Source: an uncultured Candidatus Saccharibacteria bacterium
Lineage (GTDB): Bacteria; Patescibacteriota; Dojkabacteria; B142; OLB20
DNA: 41,153 nucleotides
NCBI GenBank assembly: GCA_964653475.1
Contig: CAZZFI010000001.1
Location: forward strand, 1-41,153
Reading direction: 5' to 3'
Shown here: positions 1 through 8,401 of the stretch, one piece after another
Layout of the letters: the number at the start of each line of letters is the position of its first letter
Position numbering within the stretch: position 1 is the stretch's first letter
Notes under the pieces: model-generated
Told to the model about the DNA's origin: nothing
The model's input: the letters and a program-made list of their open reading frames with translations, nothing else
Database searches by the model: none
Made by a program: the position numbers and the translations under genes

Positions 1-397
1 TGTAACTGGAATGGTTCTACCTGGAGTGAACAGCTCTTTTCTTTTGATTCCTTTGGGAGTTTATGAGGTTATTTTAAATATCATCACTCAAATGAGCCGC
101 CTGAATTTCCAAGCAGAATACATTGTCCAGACGATAACATTTTTCGTAGGGTTAGGAGTTGGGCTTGTTACCATCGTAAAGATACTCAAAATCGCGTTCG
201 AGAAATATGTGACTAATCTGTTTTCTCTGATTGCAGGAATAATGATCGCTTCTTTGGCAGAACTGTGGCCTTTCGCAAGTCAATTTGGTGAAAGAAGTAT
301 AATTACTCCACTTGTGACTATCATAATCTCCTGTGTGATCACATATATATTCATCAAAATCTCTAAACCAGAAAAAGAGTTTGCTTCTTCCAAATAA
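1..397 (+). CDS. DUF368 family membrane protein, C-terminal part (PopT-type undecaprenyl-phosphate translocase family); 5' end lies outside the window
   Basis: The ORF enters from the left edge. VLPGVNSSFLLIPLGVYEV ... FFVGLGVGL ... IAGIMIASLAELWPF matches the second-half repeat of DUF368 (PGxSGSxxLLxLGxY ... GSLxxLWP), and the sequence is hydrophobic and polytopic. Confidence 0.7.
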   Translation, partial: VTGMVLPGVNSSFLLIPLGVYEVILNIITQMSRLNFQAEYIVQTITFFVGLGVGLVTIVKILKIAFEKYVTNLFSLIAGIMIASLAELWPFASQFGERSIITPLVTIIISCVITYIFIKISKPEKEFASSK

Positions 398-446
398 TTG
401 TCTTCTCTAATTAATTTACATATAATTTTTGAGAGACCATATTTCA

Positions 447-884
447 ATGGAAGAAAACACTTCAAAAAAACCTAACGTACTTCTAATTTCCGTAGTAATA
501 CTGTTTATTGTCGCTATCGTCACAATAATAGCACTAACTTCTAAAGTGCTAAACAAGTACGAAGCAACCTCCTGCACTTATAATGGAATAATTTATCAAA
601 GTGGTGATCATTTCCGTGATAACTGCAATACATGTTTGTGTCAAAACGGCGAAATCGAATGTACCCTTCTCTCCTGTGATTACGAAGAACCTGTCGACGA
701 AGCTCCTGTTATCGATGGGATAAGACTACCAAACAAGCCTACTCATGGCTCTGATTGCTATTACGAAGATCAGTATTTCAGCGACGGAGATCAGTTCCGA
801 GCGATCGATGGTTGTAACAGTTGTATTTGCTCCGGAAAAGAAGTCGCTTGCACAGATATGGCGTGTTCAGAGAACACACAATAA
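447..884 (+). CDS. Membrane-anchored secreted cysteine-rich protein with two VWC-like (CxxCxC) repeats
   Basis: ATG at 447 (the track's TTG at 429 is less likely). One N-terminal TM helix, then two about 35-aa repeats: C-x3-G-x2-Y-x2-GD-x-F-x3-CNTCLC-x2-GE-x2-C-x4-C and C-x10-GDQF-x5-CNSCIC-x-GK-x3-C-x4-C. Confidence 0.6.
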   Translation: MEENTSKKPNVLLISVVILFIVAIVTIIALTSKVLNKYEATSCTYNGIIYQSGDHFRDNCNTCLCQNGEIECTLLSCDYEEPVDEAPVIDGIRLPNKPTHGSDCYYEDQYFSDGDQFRAIDGCNSCICSGKEVACTDMACSENTQ

Positions 885-1250
885 TCACATAACCATCAGT
901 TTCGGAAGAAAAATCATCGTAGCAATAATTACCGCAAATATCGCGGAGATCAAAACTGCCCCTGCTACGATATCCCTTGCATTTCTAGTAGCCTCATAAT
1001 CAAGTCCTAAGTCATCCCGCATTTTGTTACACACATCTTCCAATGCGGTATTTACTGTTTCTAGACTCATCACCAATGCAAAACACAGAATTACTGCGAA
1101 CCATTCTACTCTCTCGATTTTAAAATATATTCCTGCAAGACCTACAACGAGAACTGCGATAACATGCACTCTCATATTACGCTCTTTTAGAGCCAAGTTA
1201 ATTCCACGATATGCATGTGGGAAGCTTTTAAAAACTTTAGATATATCCAT
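885..1250 (-). CDS. dgkA: Diacylglycerol kinase / undecaprenol kinase family (DgkA)
   Basis: 121 aa with 3 TM helices. SLETVNTALEDVCN and RNARDIVAGAVL are typical of the prokaryotic DAGK family. Confidence 0.85.
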   Translation of the reverse strand: MDISKVFKSFPHAYRGINLALKERNMRVHVIAVLVVGLAGIYFKIERVEWFAVILCFALVMSLETVNTALEDVCNKMRDDLGLDYEATRNARDIVAGAVLISAIFAVIIATMIFLPKLMVM

Positions 1251-1526
1251 TAGTTAATAAATTCTAAAGATCAAATTATATCATCTATTACCTCAATATC
1301 TTCCAGATCTCCCACAAATCTTACGTCTACCATTCTCCCCTGTATGTCTACCAAGTGTACCAATTGCTACTCTTCGTTAATCATAAATTCTGTGTAAACA
1401 ATCAATAACAAATCATACCCATTTGAAGGAGAAACTGCAAAATATAAGGTTTTAACATAAAATAATTTCTATTTTTTATATTCACGCTAAGGGGAAGAAC
1501 TTTCAATTTTACTACTTCACACCAAG

Positions 1527-1556
1527 TTGACTAAACAACAATTGACTTGTTAGACT
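1527..1556 (+). promoter_or_regulatory. Candidate sigma70-type promoter for the riboswitch-led operon
   Basis: TTGACT (1527-1532), 18-nt spacer, TAGACT (1551-1556), a few nt upstream of the riboswitch P1 stem. Confidence 0.3.
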
Positions 1557-1560
1557 CTAT

Positions 1561-1646
1561 TTCTTATCGGTGAAGTCAGGTGAGAATCCTGCACAGTGCC
1601 GCTACGGTAATTCAGAGCGATCTGACAAGTCCGAGCTCGATAAGGA
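1561..1646 (+). promoter_or_regulatory. Cobalamin (B12) riboswitch aptamer, compact form
   Basis: P1 is CTTATCG (1563-1569) paired with CGATAAG (1638-1644). Conserved core GGTGAGAATCCTGCACAGTGCCGCTACGGTAA (consensus GGUGnnAAnUCC...GC.AC.GUAA). Small hairpin TCAGA-GCGA-TCTGA. B12-box-like AAGTCCGAGCTCG. Confidence 0.8.
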
Positions 1647-1713
1647 TCAACACTCCCGAGCAGGAAATTTCCACTTTCAAACTCGGACATACATTATTTG
1701 TTAGCATTTTGCT

Positions 1714-2178
1714 ATGCGCAGTAATTTATCTAAGAAACTACTTTTAGCTGTAATCCTTCCGCTATCCCTAGTTTTATTGACAGGATGCAGTTATCTTGAC
1801 CAGGCAAAGGACAAGTTCTCTGAAAACCCAACACAAACGCCTGTAGAACAACCTGTAACACATAACCTTGAACCTGAGATTATAGGTCAAGACGGAACAA
1901 GCGATCTGAGAACACTCGAATTCCAAGAAGACATGACTCTTTACGAGATACTTACTGAAGAAATAGCAACAAGCGAGAACTTGACCATGGAATTTGAAGC
2001 CTCTGATTTCGATGGGAAAGAAGCTTTCTTCATAAAGTCAATCAACTAATATGACCCTTCTACTGACAACGCATTCTGGTCTCTCAAAGTTAACGGTGCA
2101 CCAAGTAGCGTGGGCATCTCAGACTACAAGCCTGCCGCAGGAGACAAAGTCCTGCTTGAACCAGAAACCTTTAATTAA
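1714..2178 (+). pseudogene. DUF4430 (transcobalamin-like, B12-binding type) lipoprotein interrupted by an in-frame TAA at 2047-2049
   Basis: Lipobox LLTGC. FFIKSIN-stop-YDPSTDNAFWSLKVNGAPSSVGISDYKPAAGDKVLLEPE continues in the same frame, and the xW.y.VNG...gxxxYxLxxGDxV pattern is the conserved DUF4430 C-terminus. Confidence 0.7.
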
Positions 2179-2197
2179 TTATCCTTAATTATTTACT

Positions 2198-2761
2198 ATG
2201 AAAATATCTACAAACGACAAACTCCTGTTAGTTTCACTCGTGTTGATCGGGTTCCTATTTAGAACGGTGTTTGCGATCGCTCCAAACGTCGAGTTTGTGA
2301 CAATATGTGCTCTCGCAGCTGGCTATTTTATGAACAACAAAAAACTCGCTTTGTTCGTGCCGCTTATCACAATGGCTTTATCAGATACTGTTCTCGGCAA
2401 TACTTCAATATTCTTGTTTACATGGAGTGCATTTCTTGTTACTCCAATAATCGGTACGATTCTATCAAAACGATCTTCTGACTCGGAAATAGTTAAAACT
2501 GCCTTAGCTGGGTTTTCTGGATCAATTTTGTCCGTAATTATTTTCTTCTTGTGGACAAATTTCGGAGTTGTGGTAACCACCGCTATGTATCCTGACACTC
2601 TATCAGGACTGTTAAACAGCTATGTGAATGCCTTGCCCTTTCTCAAAAACCAGCTTTATAGCAATCTAGTTTTCGCTCCAGTGATTTTCGTAAGTATTTC
2701 ACTTGTTAAAAACTATTTTGAGAACAGATCATTCTTCTCGAACAATTTAAACAAGGGTTAA
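2198..2761 (+). CDS. DUF6580-like small polytopic membrane protein, putative vitamin (cobalamin) transporter component
   Basis: 187 aa with about 5-6 TM helices. The N-terminal pattern APNVEFVTICALAAGYF ... PLITMALSDTVLGN recalls DUF6580 (NFtPigA.aLfgGayf ... lSD..lg). It lies in the riboswitch-led operon. Confidence 0.55.
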   Translation: MKISTNDKLLLVSLVLIGFLFRTVFAIAPNVEFVTICALAAGYFMNNKKLALFVPLITMALSDTVLGNTSIFLFTWSAFLVTPIIGTILSKRSSDSEIVKTALAGFSGSILSVIIFFLWTNFGVVVTTAMYPDTLSGLLNSYVNALPFLKNQLYSNLVFAPVIFVSISLVKNYFENRSFFSNNLNKG

Positions 2762-2795
2762 GCGAAGTAATGTTTGTGTTGTTACTGTCTTGGTT

Positions 2796-3236
2796 CTACT
2801 TGGCTGGTTTAGAGATAGTGCGGTGAAGCAACTTTATAACCCAGAAAATGATCTTGACATAAACATAGAAGGTCAACAATAAGCCTAGCCAACCGATTAA
2901 AGGCAGGGTCGGAATTCTTTCATTATATGGTTGCGACACTAATGGAAATTCCCAACCAAGGTGTAAAGTCATCGAAACAAGGTGGAATAGAGCAATAACT
3001 GGCGCGCCTATAAGCCATGTCGAGTATACAAAATAAGGTCCGAACCATGGGAAGTTAAAGAAATTCCCAAGGGTTTCTCTACAATAGTTCTGCCCTATTT
3101 CTCGTTCGCATCCAAAATAGCCATTAGGAATAGAAAATACGATACCCGAGATTAGCAAGATATAAACTAACCAAAAAATTAAGTTTTCCCTATTTAGGTA
3201 GCTCGAAAGATTTTTACCTTTAGTTCTAATCAACAT
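2796..3236 (-). CDS. Hypothetical membrane protein
   Basis: 146-aa ORF with several hydrophobic helices. No recognised motif. Confidence 0.5.
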   Translation of the reverse strand: MLIRTKGKNLSSYLNRENLIFWLVYILLISGIVFSIPNGYFGCEREIGQNYCRETLGNFFNFPWFGPYFVYSTWLIGAPVIALFHLVSMTLHLGWEFPLVSQPYNERIPTLPLIGWLGLLLTFYVYVKIIFWVIKLLHRTISKPAK

Positions 3237-3354
3237 AACTTAGCTAAAATATCATATAATTATTTTAATTCAGTATAACTAAATATTTTTTACTCTGTCC
3301 AACTTGTTTGAAATACAATTTCGAAGAATACTGTTTAAATAATTTCGGGTTAGC

Positions 3355-3951
3355 ATGATTATATTAAGTTCAATTTACTGGTTTCTAGTAGCACTATTTA
3401 TCGCTCTGTTTGAGATTGAGATCGAAGGTAAATACGGTTGGGCAGAAAAAACAGCAACATGGAACAGAAAGTTTCGATTCCCCAAAAACGGCGGACGCTT
3501 TTCTATATCACGATCACTAACTGGATATCATCTTTTCTTGAATATTTTTTTGTTTCTATTTATGCATTCTACATTCTTTTTAAGTGGGACCTTTTCTATT
3601 GAACAAGAACTCAAACTGCTCTCAATTTATTTTACATGGATACTTGTCTGGGATTACTTATGGTTTATCCTCAACCCGTACTACGGTCTGAATGCATTTT
3701 CTCAAAAATCTGTATGGTGGTTTGGGAAAGAACCCTGGATACTCGGGAGATTTCCAGTTAAATATCTACTCCAACTTGCAGCTGCGTTTCTCCTGAGCTA
3801 CATAGCAACTAGATTAACAGACCACTCGGGTTACATAATTGATCAAGGCATCAGAACAGTGGTATTTATAATTCTAATAGTATTGTCTCATTTTCTTCTG
3901 AAGCCAATTTTCCATCGATATTACTGGAGATTTCACAAGAGAGTAGATTAA
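3355..3951 (+). CDS. Hypothetical polytopic membrane protein
   Basis: 198-aa ORF rich in W/F/L helices with an N-terminal EIEIEGKYGWAEK motif. Family not recognised. Confidence 0.55.
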   Translation: MIILSSIYWFLVALFIALFEIEIEGKYGWAEKTATWNRKFRFPKNGGRFSISRSLTGYHLFLNIFLFLFMHSTFFLSGTFSIEQELKLLSIYFTWILVWDYLWFILNPYYGLNAFSQKSVWWFGKEPWILGRFPVKYLLQLAAAFLLSYIATRLTDHSGYIIDQGIRTVVFIILIVLSHFLLKPIFHRYYWRFHKRVD

Positions 3952-3956
3952 AAAAA

Positions 3957-4634
3957 CTACTCTATCAAATGCTTTGTATATCCTAGCTTAACCAATTCCT
4001 GATAAGCACTCCACACATCATCAGGGATTTCCTGATAAATCTGAAAACCCTTCCCGGGATAAAGCTTAATTCTCTGCAGATCTCCAACCATAATATTTAT
4101 TATTACTTCACGTTCGACGACTTTCTCGATATAGTCTTCATACGAAATTGGTTCAGATGTAACCATAACTTTCACATCACTCTCTGGCCAAAAGTTCATA
4201 AAAGTTGCATAAGTGCGTCTTTCCATTGTCGGTTTATGGACAATTATCACACTCTTCGGAATCCGATCAGTTTCTTTAAGTATTTTGTATGAGAACAAAA
4301 CGTTCTCCCCACTGTTTGTAGACTTTGTTTCCAGTGTGATTTTGTCTCTCGGAATCCCGTTTTCCAAAGCTACTTCGAGATACTTCTCTGTCTCCGAATT
4401 CGTCCCCCAATCTGTCTTCTGAATATTGTCTTTGTCCGGAATCGAATGATTGTGCGCCCCTCCCCCCGAGATCAAAAGCTTCGGCGCATAATCTTCCCTA
4501 AGTAATTTCGCAGCATAAACAGGCACGGACAAGTCCAGAGAGGTAAAGCACATTAAGATGTCTGCAGACTCCAGTTGGTGATGAAGATGATGATAATCCC
4601 AGAGAACTTTTGCTAACTCGTCAATTTGGTTCAT
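3957..4634 (-). CDS. DUF218 / YdcF-ElyC family protein
   Basis: ISGGGAH ... SETEKYLEVALENGIPRDKITLETKSTNSGENVLFS matches the DUF218 core (SGG ... sEa..m...l...Gvp...I..E..S.nT.eN). Confidence 0.75.
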   Translation of the reverse strand: MNQIDELAKVLWDYHHLHHQLESADILMCFTSLDLSVPVYAAKLLREDYAPKLLISGGGAHNHSIPDKDNIQKTDWGTNSETEKYLEVALENGIPRDKITLETKSTNSGENVLFSYKILKETDRIPKSVIIVHKPTMERRTYATFMNFWPESDVKVMVTSEPISYEDYIEKVVEREVIINIMVGDLQRIKLYPGKGFQIYQEIPDDVWSAYQELVKLGYTKHLIE

Positions 4635-4676
4635 TTTTTGTTAGATCGTAAATGATTTCAAATCAGAACACTGCCC

Positions 4677-4958
4677 CTAGAAATCCTCTTCTGGATTATC
4701 TTGAGGTGTTCTTCCGGAACGCCATTTTGGCTTGGGTCCTTTTCTATAAGTAATAAAAAGCAAAACAAAAGTTGATATAAAAACATACACCAAATATATA
4801 AACGTTTTTGCCATTTCCTCACCTTCGGGATTTATAAAAATTGATCCAATTACAATTACTGCCATATACATAGCAAGCACTAACCAACCCTGCCAGGTAG
4901 AAGGAATCCATCCATAACCATATCTTCTACGTTTAAACCAATATTTTTGTTTAGCCAT
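4677..4958 (-). CDS. Small membrane protein
   Basis: 93 aa with a basic N-terminus (KRRRYGYGWIPSTWQGW) and two TM helices. Confidence 0.5.
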   Translation of the reverse strand: MAKQKYWFKRRRYGYGWIPSTWQGWLVLAMYMAVIVIGSIFINPEGEEMAKTFIYLVYVFISTFVLLFITYRKGPKPKWRSGRTPQDNPEEDF

Positions 4959-4973
4959 TTTATCTACAAAGTA

Positions 4974-5558
4974 CTAATCTATGAAGGGATTACTCTCCAT
5001 CTCGAAAAGAATTAGTGGGGTTTGATTATTAACTCGATCTTCGGTGATACTATATTTACCTACATAAAGTCCTGTAACGGTTCCAAAAAATGCTTTTTCG
5101 TAATCAAATCCCAGCTTTTCGGACACTGATTTAACTTCGTCTTCCGACTCACCTTCGATTTCTATAAATGGCTCGAGAAAAGGCCATTCGTCAATTGTGA
5201 TTTGCAAATTATTTAGTACCCAAAGTTCCCGTTTGCTTTCCTGGTATGCTTTTTTCTCACATCCGATTTTTTCGAGCAGATGACAAGCATCTTGAAAGTT
5301 ACTTACAGTTAGCTCTATCTCTTGCTGTTGTTCAATAGTTCCGTTTTCCGTGACAACCTTGAGTGACATAGTTATTTTATCTTGTTCATCTCTAACACGT
5401 AAGTATCCGTGGGGTACCTCATGCCCGGAAGGCAGCTCAAATGTGCAGCGTTTTTGTAGAAACTCTTTTTTAATCAGTTTCGCACCTGCGGATCTCAACC
5501 TATTGCGAACTTCCTCTTTGTTTATATTTGTGTATGTTGCTTCGTATTCTGTTTTCAT
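4974..5558 (-). CDS. CYTH-domain protein (CyaB/ThTPase-like triphosphate tunnel enzyme)
   Basis: N-terminal TEYEATY (ExExK-type strand, with K replaced by T), LRVRDE, and alternating acidic/basic beta strands. Length 194 aa. Confidence 0.5.
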   Translation of the reverse strand: MKTEYEATYTNINKEEVRNRLRSAGAKLIKKEFLQKRCTFELPSGHEVPHGYLRVRDEQDKITMSLKVVTENGTIEQQQEIELTVSNFQDACHLLEKIGCEKKAYQESKRELWVLNNLQITIDEWPFLEPFIEIEGESEDEVKSVSEKLGFDYEKAFFGTVTGLYVGKYSITEDRVNNQTPLILFEMESNPFID

Positions 5559-5812
5559 TTTGTTGTGTTAATTAGCAAGAGATCTATCGATCTATCGCCG
5601 AATTTAAACTCGCCTATTGTGATAATTCTAAAGTTTTCCATATTCAACCCCAGCAAGCGGACCGCAAAGTACATGTATTTTTGGCATAACAACTCCATCT
5701 TCTTTAAAAGAGGTAACGGGACTCTTGAGAATAAGTCAAAATCTAATTTTAAGGATTCGAGAATCAGACTCATCTGCAAATTCAATGTTAGAAATTCACA
5801 TTGAATTATCAC
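5555..5812 (-). CDS. Hypothetical small protein (weak call)
   Basis: The only sizeable ORF in a 330-bp gap, overlapping the CYTH start by 4 nt. No motif. Confidence 0.2.
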   Translation of the reverse strand: MIIQCEFLTLNLQMSLILESLKLDFDLFSRVPLPLLKKMELLCQKYMYFAVRLLGLNMENFRIITIGEFKFGDRSIDLLLINTTK

Positions 5813-5887
5813 ATAATAATTACATTAATACTAAAGTCAGGATTGTTTTCTGCAGAAATCCGTTCTGAATTAGTTTAACGCAAGTGT

Positions 5888-6394
5888 TCAATCGACTGAC
5901 GAAATCTGCATCTCCTTAACTTCATGATCTTCACCAAACAAAAATACCCCCTCTACACTTTTTCCTTCCAAAACTGTAGGAAGCCAGTACTTATTATCAC
6001 GAAACATATTTTCATAAGGAATGCTTGCTCGCGGAAACCAAGCCGGCTTTATGACCTCTGTCTCAATAGGCTTCCCTTCCCACTCGGTCACAACATATAT
6101 TTCTACTCGCATATTCCATTTTGGATTATGTGGATTTATAAAACGCACATTCCCTACACTTTTATACTCAGATACTACGACCCCGATTTCTTCTTCAACC
6201 TCTCTCACCAAACAACCATCCAAGTCTTCATCTTTCTCAACTTTCCCTCCAATACCTGCATAATTGTCTTGCCCTAAATTGTTGCTTACCTTTTTTCGTA
6301 AACCAAGAAGTACTTCGTCACCTCGCATCAAAAACCCTACCACAGCTTGGGTATACTCTGGCTCATCTTCAAGCCAATTTTTCAGACTTTCCAT
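5888..6394 (-). CDS. NUDIX hydrolase (MutT-like)
   Basis: NUDIX box GIGGKVEKDEDLDGCLVREVEEEIGV (Gx5Ex7REUxEExGU). Confidence 0.85.
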   Translation of the reverse strand: MESLKNWLEDEPEYTQAVVGFLMRGDEVLLGLRKKVSNNLGQDNYAGIGGKVEKDEDLDGCLVREVEEEIGVVVSEYKSVGNVRFINPHNPKWNMRVEIYVVTEWEGKPIETEVIKPAWFPRASIPYENMFRDNKYWLPTVLEGKSVEGVFLFGEDHEVKEMQISSVD

Positions 6395-6486
6395 CTAAGA
6401 TACAATTTATAATTATAGTTAGTTTGATTATAAAATTAGTTGTTGATAAAATACATGCGCATTATACACATAAAATACATACTGAA

Positions 6487-7092
6487 ATGAAAGTATACTT
6501 CACCGCTTCTACAGCACAGTTCAACAAATATAAAGATAATTATTTTGCAATTAGGGATTTTTTGATTGAAGAAAATCATACTTTGACAAGAGACTGGCTA
6601 AAGCACACAGGAGAAAAAATCAAAGCGGGCAAATCAATTGAATATGATATACGAGCAATTTATCAAAAATGTATGATCGCAATCAACAAAGCTGACTTAG
6701 TGATAATTGAAGACACTGTTTCGAACTTCAGTACAGGACACCAAATCACAGTTGCGTTACAAAGGCAAAAGCCGACTCTGGTATTATGGCAGGGAGATAA
6801 ACACCGGCACTTCAAAACTATGTTTATACATGGAATCGAATCGGACTACCTTGAAATAGCAAACTATACAAATACTGATTACAAACAAATTATCAGGAAA
6901 TTTATTAATAAGTACCAACATATACACGAGAAGACCCGTTTCAACCTGGTAATTAATCAAATGGAGCGAAATTATTTAGACTGGATTCAGTTAAACAAAG
7001 GTCAAAGCAGAACAAGGGTTATCAGGAATGCCCTAAAAAATGAAATTGCAAAAGACAAAGAATTCGCCCAATATCTCGAACAACTTACCTAG
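6487..7092 (+). CDS. Fusion of a nucleoside 2-deoxyribosyltransferase-like (Rossmannoid) domain with a C-terminal ribbon-helix-helix domain
   Basis: Start taken at ATG 6487 (MKVYFTAS). KADLVIIEDTVSNFSTGHQITVALQRQKPTLVLW follows the NDT/DNPH1-like pattern aDlvia...pS.GvG.Ei..A...gkPvl, with Q at the usual Glu position. The tail RFNLVINQMERNYLDWIQLNKGQSRTRVIRNAL looks like a CopG/Arc RHH. Confidence 0.5.
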   Translation: MKVYFTASTAQFNKYKDNYFAIRDFLIEENHTLTRDWLKHTGEKIKAGKSIEYDIRAIYQKCMIAINKADLVIIEDTVSNFSTGHQITVALQRQKPTLVLWQGDKHRHFKTMFIHGIESDYLEIANYTNTDYKQIIRKFINKYQHIHEKTRFNLVINQMERNYLDWIQLNKGQSRTRVIRNALKNEIAKDKEFAQYLEQLT

Positions 7093-7096
7093 ACAC

Positions 7097-8272
7097 TTAC
7101 AATAGTTCTTTTACTTTCAAAAGCTTTATTGCAAGCGGGAAAACAATCATCAGAGACAAGACCCCCAAAACAGTATACATTCCGTTTATTCCTACCCTTT
7201 CGATAATTGGTCCAGAAATTCCAACCACAAAAATATATACAAAACCTATCAAAAGACTCAAAACAGAGATCGCAGTTGCGCGCACTTTGGAGGTAAAGGT
7301 TTTGTTTGTAATCGGAGTAAGAAATATCCATCGAGCAGTTGTAGAAAACATTGCCAAAATGAAAAACGGTACTCCTAACCAACCTTCAAGGTAAACACCC
7401 GGGAGAAAGGCAATCATCATCATGACCGGAAACAGGAGAATCTTGAACTTTTCATTCAGTCTTACTTTGCTTAGTATCAAAGTAAATATAAGGGCATTCA
7501 TTAGTCTTGCCCCACCCTGAATAAAACCCCTCTCCATATCCCCAAAACCTAACCCAACAACAAAAAACGATCCGAAATATAAAGCATTCGTCCAGGTAAT
7601 TCCTGCAACGGCAATGTAATATAGAGAGGTAAAAGATGTTAGCTTATCTTTAAACACCTCTTTGATTCCTTGCTTAATCTGACGAATATAGTTTCTCACA
7701 GTGAATTTCTCAGAGTCGAGTTCGGGCTCAACGTAAAAAATCGAAGCTACCATGCCCATTAATAATGATAATCCATAAAGCACAAAAGGAAGTGCAAAAT
7801 TTAGTTGATAAAGCCATCCACCAAAGAGTGAACCGATTATCAACCCTGCCTGATAGATGACGTTACCTTTTGCGAAAACTTTTTCAAAGTCATGAGACTC
7901 TCTTTCTTTGTATGTATCATAAACTATGGCCTCTTCTGATCCCGAACGAAGAGAATCCGCCATACCACCTAATACCGCCAATAATATAAAATGTTCATAA
8001 ATGTTGGCAAAAGGGAGAAGCATATAAGTGATGGCGCCGAGAAGGAAAGAAAGTACGATGACAATCTTTCTTCCTAAAATGTCCGCTAGTGCGCCACTTG
8101 GAAGTTCCATGATCATCTGAAAAGCATACTGAATAATTACCAGAGTGGAGAGCTCTCCCGCGGTCAGATATCCCTGGTAATAAACTATCCAAATCGGGAT
8201 AACAAAAATCAAAGAGTGATTAAACTGTGTGGTGTAGAAAACTTTTGTATTTCGTTCAATCATCTTTGTCAA
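7097..8272 (-). CDS. MFS transporter
   Basis: 391 aa with about 12 TM helices and the loop 2-3 motif GALADILGRK. Confidence 0.8.
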   Translation of the reverse strand: MTKMIERNTKVFYTTQFNHSLIFVIPIWIVYYQGYLTAGELSTLVIIQYAFQMIMELPSGALADILGRKIVIVLSFLLGAITYMLLPFANIYEHFILLAVLGGMADSLRSGSEEAIVYDTYKERESHDFEKVFAKGNVIYQAGLIIGSLFGGWLYQLNFALPFVLYGLSLLMGMVASIFYVEPELDSEKFTVRNYIRQIKQGIKEVFKDKLTSFTSLYYIAVAGITWTNALYFGSFFVVGLGFGDMERGFIQGGARLMNALIFTLILSKVRLNEKFKILLFPVMMMIAFLPGVYLEGWLGVPFFILAMFSTTARWIFLTPITNKTFTSKVRATAISVLSLLIGFVYIFVVGISGPIIERVGINGMYTVLGVLSLMIVFPLAIKLLKVKELL

Positions 8273-8340
8273 TTTACGTTCTATATGTCTCTGGATTCAC
8301 TTCTCTGATTTTGATAATACTCTTCTCAGAACTAAGTATT

Positions 8341-8368
8341 TTGACCAACTAATTCAAAATGTTAGAAT
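8341..8368 (+). promoter_or_regulatory. Candidate promoter of the epimerase gene
   Basis: TTGACC (8341-8346), 16-nt spacer ending in TGT (extended -10), TAGAAT (8363-8368). Confidence 0.4.
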
Positions 8369-8401
8369 CAAGCACTTATTTATTTTGTGTCATTATAAAT
8401 C

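Noticed and set aside
429-446. TTG start for the Cys-rich protein, and ORF 745..999 bridging two convergent genes
   Set aside because: ATG 447 is in frame six codons downstream and is the more conventional start. ORF 745..999 is an out-of-frame overlap of two well-supported genes.
2047-2049. Alternative genetic code (stop-codon reassignment) as the explanation for the in-frame stop
   Set aside because: The codon is TAA, not TGA. TGA, TAA and TAG all terminate well-conserved genes at the expected positions (comF, metG and valS end in TGA), and long conserved ORFs contain no internal stops.
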